A stretch of 53,729 nucleotides of DNA from Octopus bimaculoides (taxonomy: Eukaryota): the NCBI RefSeq assembly GCF_001194135.2, contig NC_068991.1, forward strand, positions 74,151,398 through 74,205,126. Direction: 5' to 3'. This document shows, piece after piece, positions 48,676-53,729 of the stretch. Made by a program: the position numbers and the translations under genes. The notes below the pieces were generated by a model. It did no database searches, had not been told where the DNA came from, and was given only the letters and a program-made list of their open reading frames with translations. How positions within the stretch are numbered: the stretch's first letter is position 1; each line of letters starts with the position of its first letter.

Positions 48676-49430
48676 CTGTTGAAGATAGCGGTGGTCTATC
48701 ATCATCACTATCATAAGCACCACCGTGTACATGTGTATATGTAGACAGACAGACACATAAGCCGAGGGTTAATAAGAGATCCCTTACCTGAAAAATGGGT
48801 AAGGGTTAGCATCAGGAAGGACATCCAGCTGTAAAACAATACCTCAACAGCATCTTTGCCTAACCCATGCTAGCATAGCAAAACAGAGGTAAAAACAAAC
48901 AATTTATATCTTATCCTATGGTTATACACACACACACATACACAAACTCACACACACACACATATACATATACATATATAAAAATATACATATATATATA
49001 CTTATATATATACATGTATAATATGTGTGTGTTCATTCTATGTCAAGTTATAAAGACAATTTACTGTGAAACTAAAGAATTACTTAGCAGTTTTTAGTAG
49101 CATACATATATATATTAAACTTCTACAAGAAGCGTGATAGTGACTTCGCAGTTTTGCTCCATTCATTTTCATCATATATACCTTTCAAAAATGTCTTAAT
49201 ATAATCACAATTATTTGAAGAAAGAAATTTTAAAAATCACTCGACCGCACTCTTGCTGTTGAGGTATTGTTTTACAGCTGGATGTCCTTCCTGATGCTAA
49301 CCCTTACCCATTTTTCAGGTAAGGGATCTCTTATTAACCCTCGGCTTATGTGTCTGTCTGTCTACATATACACATGTACACGGTGGTGCTTATGATAGTG
49401 ATGATGATAGACCACCGCTATATTCAACAG
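48676..49430. repeat. Inverted duplication: arms 48676-48852 and 49254-49430
   Basis: Hand alignment gives 176/177 identity, with a 401-bp spacer. Confidence 0.95.
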
Positions 49431-49583
49431 CATGGCCGCACTCAAATGACAATCTGTCGCTAAGCATTTTGCCTGGCATGCTAACCATTCTGCCAGCTCA
49501 TCACCTGACGGAGCACAGTAATATCAAGAGAAAAGAACATGGGCTTCAACTGAACCAAGCTCAAAGTCCAGGCTTTTAATACA

Positions 49584-49970
49584 CACACGTTTTATTCTTT
49601 TACTTGTTTCAGTCATTTGACTGTGGCCATGCTGGAGCACCGCCTTTACTCGAGCAAATCAACCCCAGGACTTATTCTTTTGTAAGCCTAGTACTTATTC
49701 TATCAGACCCTTTTGCCGAACCGCTAAGTTACGGGAACATAAACACACCAGCATCAGTTGTCACGCGATGTTGAGGGGACAAACACAGACACACACATAC
49801 ATAGATACGGCGGGCTTCTTACAGTTTCTGTCTACCAAATCCATTCACAACGCTTTGGTCGGCCCGAGGCTATAGTAGAAGAGACTTGCCCAAGGTGCCA
49901 TGCAGTGGGACTGAACCCGAACCATGTGGTTGGTAAGCAAGCTACTTATCACACAGCCACTCCTACGCCT
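49584..49970 (-). mobile_element. SINE family A, near full length
   Basis: Family A motifs. Confidence 0.9.
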
Positions 49971-50300
49971 ATATATATACATATATATATATACATATAT
50001 ATACATATACATATATATACATATACATATACATATATATACATATACATATACATACATATACATACATATATATACATATACATACATATACATACAT
50101 ATACATATACATACATATACATATACATATATATACATATACATACATATACATATACATATATACATATACATATATATACATATACATATATATACAT
50201 ATACATATATATACATATACATATATATACATATACATATATATATACATATACATACATATACATACATATACATATATATATATATATATATATTATA
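49970..50300. repeat. (TATACA)n-type microsatellite
   Basis: Direct inspection; abuts a SINE A head. Confidence 0.95.
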
Positions 50301-50521
50301 TACAAAATATAAAGATATTATTATTGACAATGAATAATAATAATATTAGTGGCCAGCAAGCGTAAAACCTTATAAGCAAATTTATATAATTAGGGTGCCT
50401 GAAATTACCAGCTGTGCTAAAATTGAGAATCAGAAATAAGTTTGAAGCCACATAAATCTCACTAAAAAGTTTACAAGCAAGCTGATACCTTCCAGTACCC
50501 TAGTTTTATAAATCATATATG

Positions 50522-50559
<38 letters not shown>

Positions 50560-50717
50560 CATATACACAAACAACTTATACATACACATATGCATACATA
50601 TATACACACTTGTAGATTGTTTACTATTGCAGAAATCAATTTCTAGAAGGCTGGTGATATATGACAGCTAGATGACTACAGGTTGTGTAGTAGTATTGGA
50701 CAGCAACAGAACAACTT

Positions 50718-50753
<36 letters not shown>

Positions 50754-51225
50754 GTTATATCAATGTCAATACAAACAGAGAACTGCATATTAAACACATA
50801 TGGCAAACAAAAACATTCAAACAAACCAGGTCACCTTTCTGTATCACACGAAATGTCAAACCTTAGACGTTAGAAAAGAGTCACTGGGTGGGGCTGCGTG
50901 TTGATGTATGATATGGGTAGGACTGTAGGATCGGGTGCCTCAGTGCATTTACAAATGCATCTACAATATGCAAGCAAAAATTTTGGCAAGCTGTTTTTTT
51001 TTCCCCATATGTATTGTAGTTTATTTAACCCCAGGTCACTTACGTCCATGGTTAGAGTAGTTTTGTTTGTTTTTTGTTCATTTAGGCATAAATAATGCTT
51101 CCTGGAGTAGATTCTCCGATGGAAGCCAATGTGGGTTGAGAGGTGTTAACGGGAAAAGCATCTGGCAGCAGGAGACCTGCCTCAGCAAATTCTCTTTGAT
51201 TCATGCACGTACAATATATACTTGC

Positions 51226-51265
<40 letters not shown>

Positions 51266-51364
51266 GTACATACACATTTACATACATGCATATATACATA
51301 TATTTACATAGATGTATATATAGATATATATGTATAGATGTTGATATCATGAACATCTGTATAC

Positions 51365-51738
51365 TCTTATTTGTTTCAGGCATTTGACTGCGGCCATGCT
51401 AGAGCACCACCTTTAGTCAAGCAAATCGACCCCAGGACTTATTCTTTGTAAGCCTAGTACTTATTCTATCAGTCTCTTTTGCCAAACTGCTAAGTTACGG
51501 GGACGCAAACACACCACCATCGGTTGTCAAGCGATGCTGGGGGAACAAACACAGACACACATACATATATATATATGATAGGCTTCTTTCAGTTTCCATC
51601 TACCAAATTTACTCGCAAAGCTTTGGTTGGCCCGAGGCTATAATAGAAGACACTTGTCCAAGGTGCCACATGTTGGGAATGAACCCAGAACCATGTAGTT
51701 GGTAAGCAAGCTACTTACCACACAGCCACTCCTGCACC
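51365..51738 (-). mobile_element. SINE family A, near full length
   Basis: Family A motifs. Confidence 0.9.
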
Positions 51739-51776
51739 TGGATATATACATATACATAAATGTGTGTGTGTGTGTA

Positions 51777-51780
<4 letters not shown>

Positions 51781-51868
<88 letters not shown>
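51781..51868. repeat. (CA)n microsatellite
   Basis: Pure CA run between a SINE A head and an RTE tail. Confidence 0.95.
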
Positions 51869-51870
<2 letters not shown>

Positions 51871-52080
51871 CATCATTTAATGTCCATGCTGGCACAAGTT
51901 GGGCGGTTTGACCAGAGCTGACAAGCTGGGGAGCTGCACCAGACCCTAGTCTGATTTGCCATGATTTCTGTAGTTGGATGCCCTTCCTAACACCAATCAC
52001 TCTACAGAGCGTACAGGGTGCTTCTACATAGCATTACAGACACTTTTATGTGGCACCACCATGAGCATGAGTGGTTTACA
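51869..52080 (-). mobile_element. RTE 3'UTR fragment
   Basis: Family motifs and CAT tail. Confidence 0.75.
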
Positions 52081-52139
52081 CCAGAGGGCCAGCTTTTAAC
52101 ACTTCTGTTATGGAGTACAAGTCTTCTTGACCTGTGCAC

Positions 52140-52183
<44 letters not shown>

Positions 52184-52289
52184 CATACATACAGAGAGAG
52201 AGAGAGGGCATACATTTATTACTCAACTGCGTATCTTTGTAGCCGTTTAAATATGTGAGTCATTTCCTAATTAAGATAAATTGTAGAAG

Positions 52290-52995
52290 CATCAGTTGTG
52301 GCATGCAAGAGAGACGATTGCGCTGGTATGGACATGTGGTGAGAATGGAGGAGGATAGCTGCGTGAAAAAGTGCCACACCCTAACAGTTGAGGGAACCCG
52401 TGGAAGAGGTAGGCCCAGGAAGACCTGGGCTGAGGTGGTGAAGCAAGACCTTCGTACATTGGGCCTCACCGAGGCGATGACTACTGACCGAGACCTTTGG
52501 AAATGTGCTGTGCGTGAGAAGACCCGGCAAGCCAAGTAAGATCGTTGCCAGTGCCCCTGGACTGGTTCTTGTGCGGGTGGCACATGAGATGCACCATTTT
52601 GAGCGTGGCCGTTGCCAGTACCGCCTGACTGGCTCCTGTAGGATTTTCGAGCGAGATCGTTGCCAGTGCCCCTGGACTGGNNNNNNNNNNNNNNNNNNNN
52701 NNNNNNNNNNNNNNNNNNNNNNNNNNNNNNNNNNNNNNNNNNNNNNNNNNNNNNNNNNGGCACATAAAAGACACCATTTCGAGCGTGGCCGTTTTCGTGC
52801 GGGTGACACGTAAAAGCACCCACTACACTCTCTGAGTGGTTGGCATTAGGAAGGGCATCCAGCTGTAGAAACTCTGCCAAATCAGACTGGAGCCTGGTGT
52901 TGCCATCCGGTTTCACCAGTCCTCAGTCAAATCGTCCAACCCATGCTAGCATGGAAAGCGGACGTTAAACGATGATGATGATGATGATGATGATG
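52290..52995 (+). mobile_element. 5'-truncated RTE-clade LINE (ORF C-terminus, 3'UTR, (GAT)n tail)
   Basis: Peptide QERRLRWYGHVVRMEEDSCVKKCHTLTVEGTRGRGRPRKTWAEVVKQDL...DRDLWK, stop at 52539, followed by 3'UTR subrepeats and a GAT tail at 52971-52994. Confidence 0.9.
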
Positions 52996-53442
52996 TATCA
53001 ATACCAATAATCTTTTAGGGTTGGTAATTAACAATTGATAAACGGACGTTTTTTGGGTGCCAAACAAAGCATCACCAATTCAAAATTATACATAACACTG
53101 CAATAATCAAGTCCTGTCATGTGATTAATGTGTGTTTGAGTGACAACACCCACATTTGCTATTCATGTGGCAGTAACAAAAAAAAAAAAAAAGATAAAAA
53201 GAATAAGGAACCCTAGATTAAATCTTATATGTTTTGGAAGTTTTGAGTGAGCTTTAAACAAATTATTCATTGAAATGTAATATGGGAGTGTGTTCTTGAA
53301 AAAATCTGTCGTAAGTTCAAAGTTTTTATTGAAAGTCTACCTTTATGACCAAAGATTTCTGATCGTGATATTTGCCCCCCCCCCTTTTTTTAAATTATTA
53401 TTTTCCTTTTTGTGTATTTGTTTCTTATATATACATATGTGC

Positions 53443-53526
53443 AGGTGTGGCAAGAAGCTTGTTTTGCAGCCACATGGTTCTGGGTTCAGTCCCACTGTGT
53501 GGCGCCTTGAGCAGGTGTCTTCTAAC
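53443..53526 (+). mobile_element. SINE family A head
   Basis: Head motif ends directly before the 34-bp minisatellite. Confidence 0.75.
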
Positions 53527-53729
53527 TATCCACAGACAATTAGTTCTTTTTGATTCCAAATATCCACACACAATCAGCTCTTTTTGATTCCAAATATCCA
53601 CACACAATCAGTTCTTTTTGATTCCAAATATCCACACACAATCAGTTCTTTTTGATTCCAAATATCCACACACAATCAGTTCTTTTTGATTCCAAATATC
53701 CACACACAATCAGTTCTTTTTGATTCCAA
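53527..53729. repeat. 34-bp minisatellite, six units visible, runs off the window end
   Basis: TATCCACACACAATCAGTTCTTTTTGATTCCAAA starting at 53527, 53561, 53595, 53629, 53663 and 53697. Confidence 0.95.

Noticed and set aside
49758-50337. IY/HT/CV-repeat ORFs here and at other microsatellites
   Set aside because: Translations of dinucleotide and hexanucleotide repeats; no coding signal.
51044-51200. Minus-strand exon ending at a strong GAC|GTAAGT donor
   Set aside because: Could be a non-coding first exon, but there is no acceptor, promoter or coding evidence.
53527-53729. Possible CRISPR array
   Set aside because: Units are head-to-tail with no unique spacers, in a eukaryotic context with no cas genes.

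Overview
AT-rich, repeat- and microsatellite-dense eukaryotic genomic DNA from a gapped draft assembly, with ten N-runs. The repeat landscape resembles a coleoid cephalopod, probably Octopus (inference, not tested). Two convergent intron-containing genes are supported by reading-frame-consistent GT-AG exon chains: the last four coding exons of an SR-protein kinase (SRPK, + strand, 1802-4609) and eleven coding exons of a plastin/fimbrin (- strand, 6200-23758). One plastin exon runs into a gap and the first coding exon was not found. The remaining ~30 kb has no recognisable coding exon. It contains tRNA-derived SINEs, 3' ends of RTE-clade LINEs, piggyBac-, hAT- and mariner-type MITEs, fold-back elements and simple repeats. 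The most notable observation is a short retroelement, present in two copies, that joins a tRNA-like Pol III head to a minimal type I hammerhead-ribozyme motif. A separate long hairpin closes a decayed hammerhead-shaped core. Other highlights are a 176/177 inverted duplication, a spacer-less palindrome, and back-to-back poly(A) signals between the two genes. Exon coordinates were counted by hand; repeat boundaries are approximate (about +/-20 bp) unless TSD or TIR positions are given.
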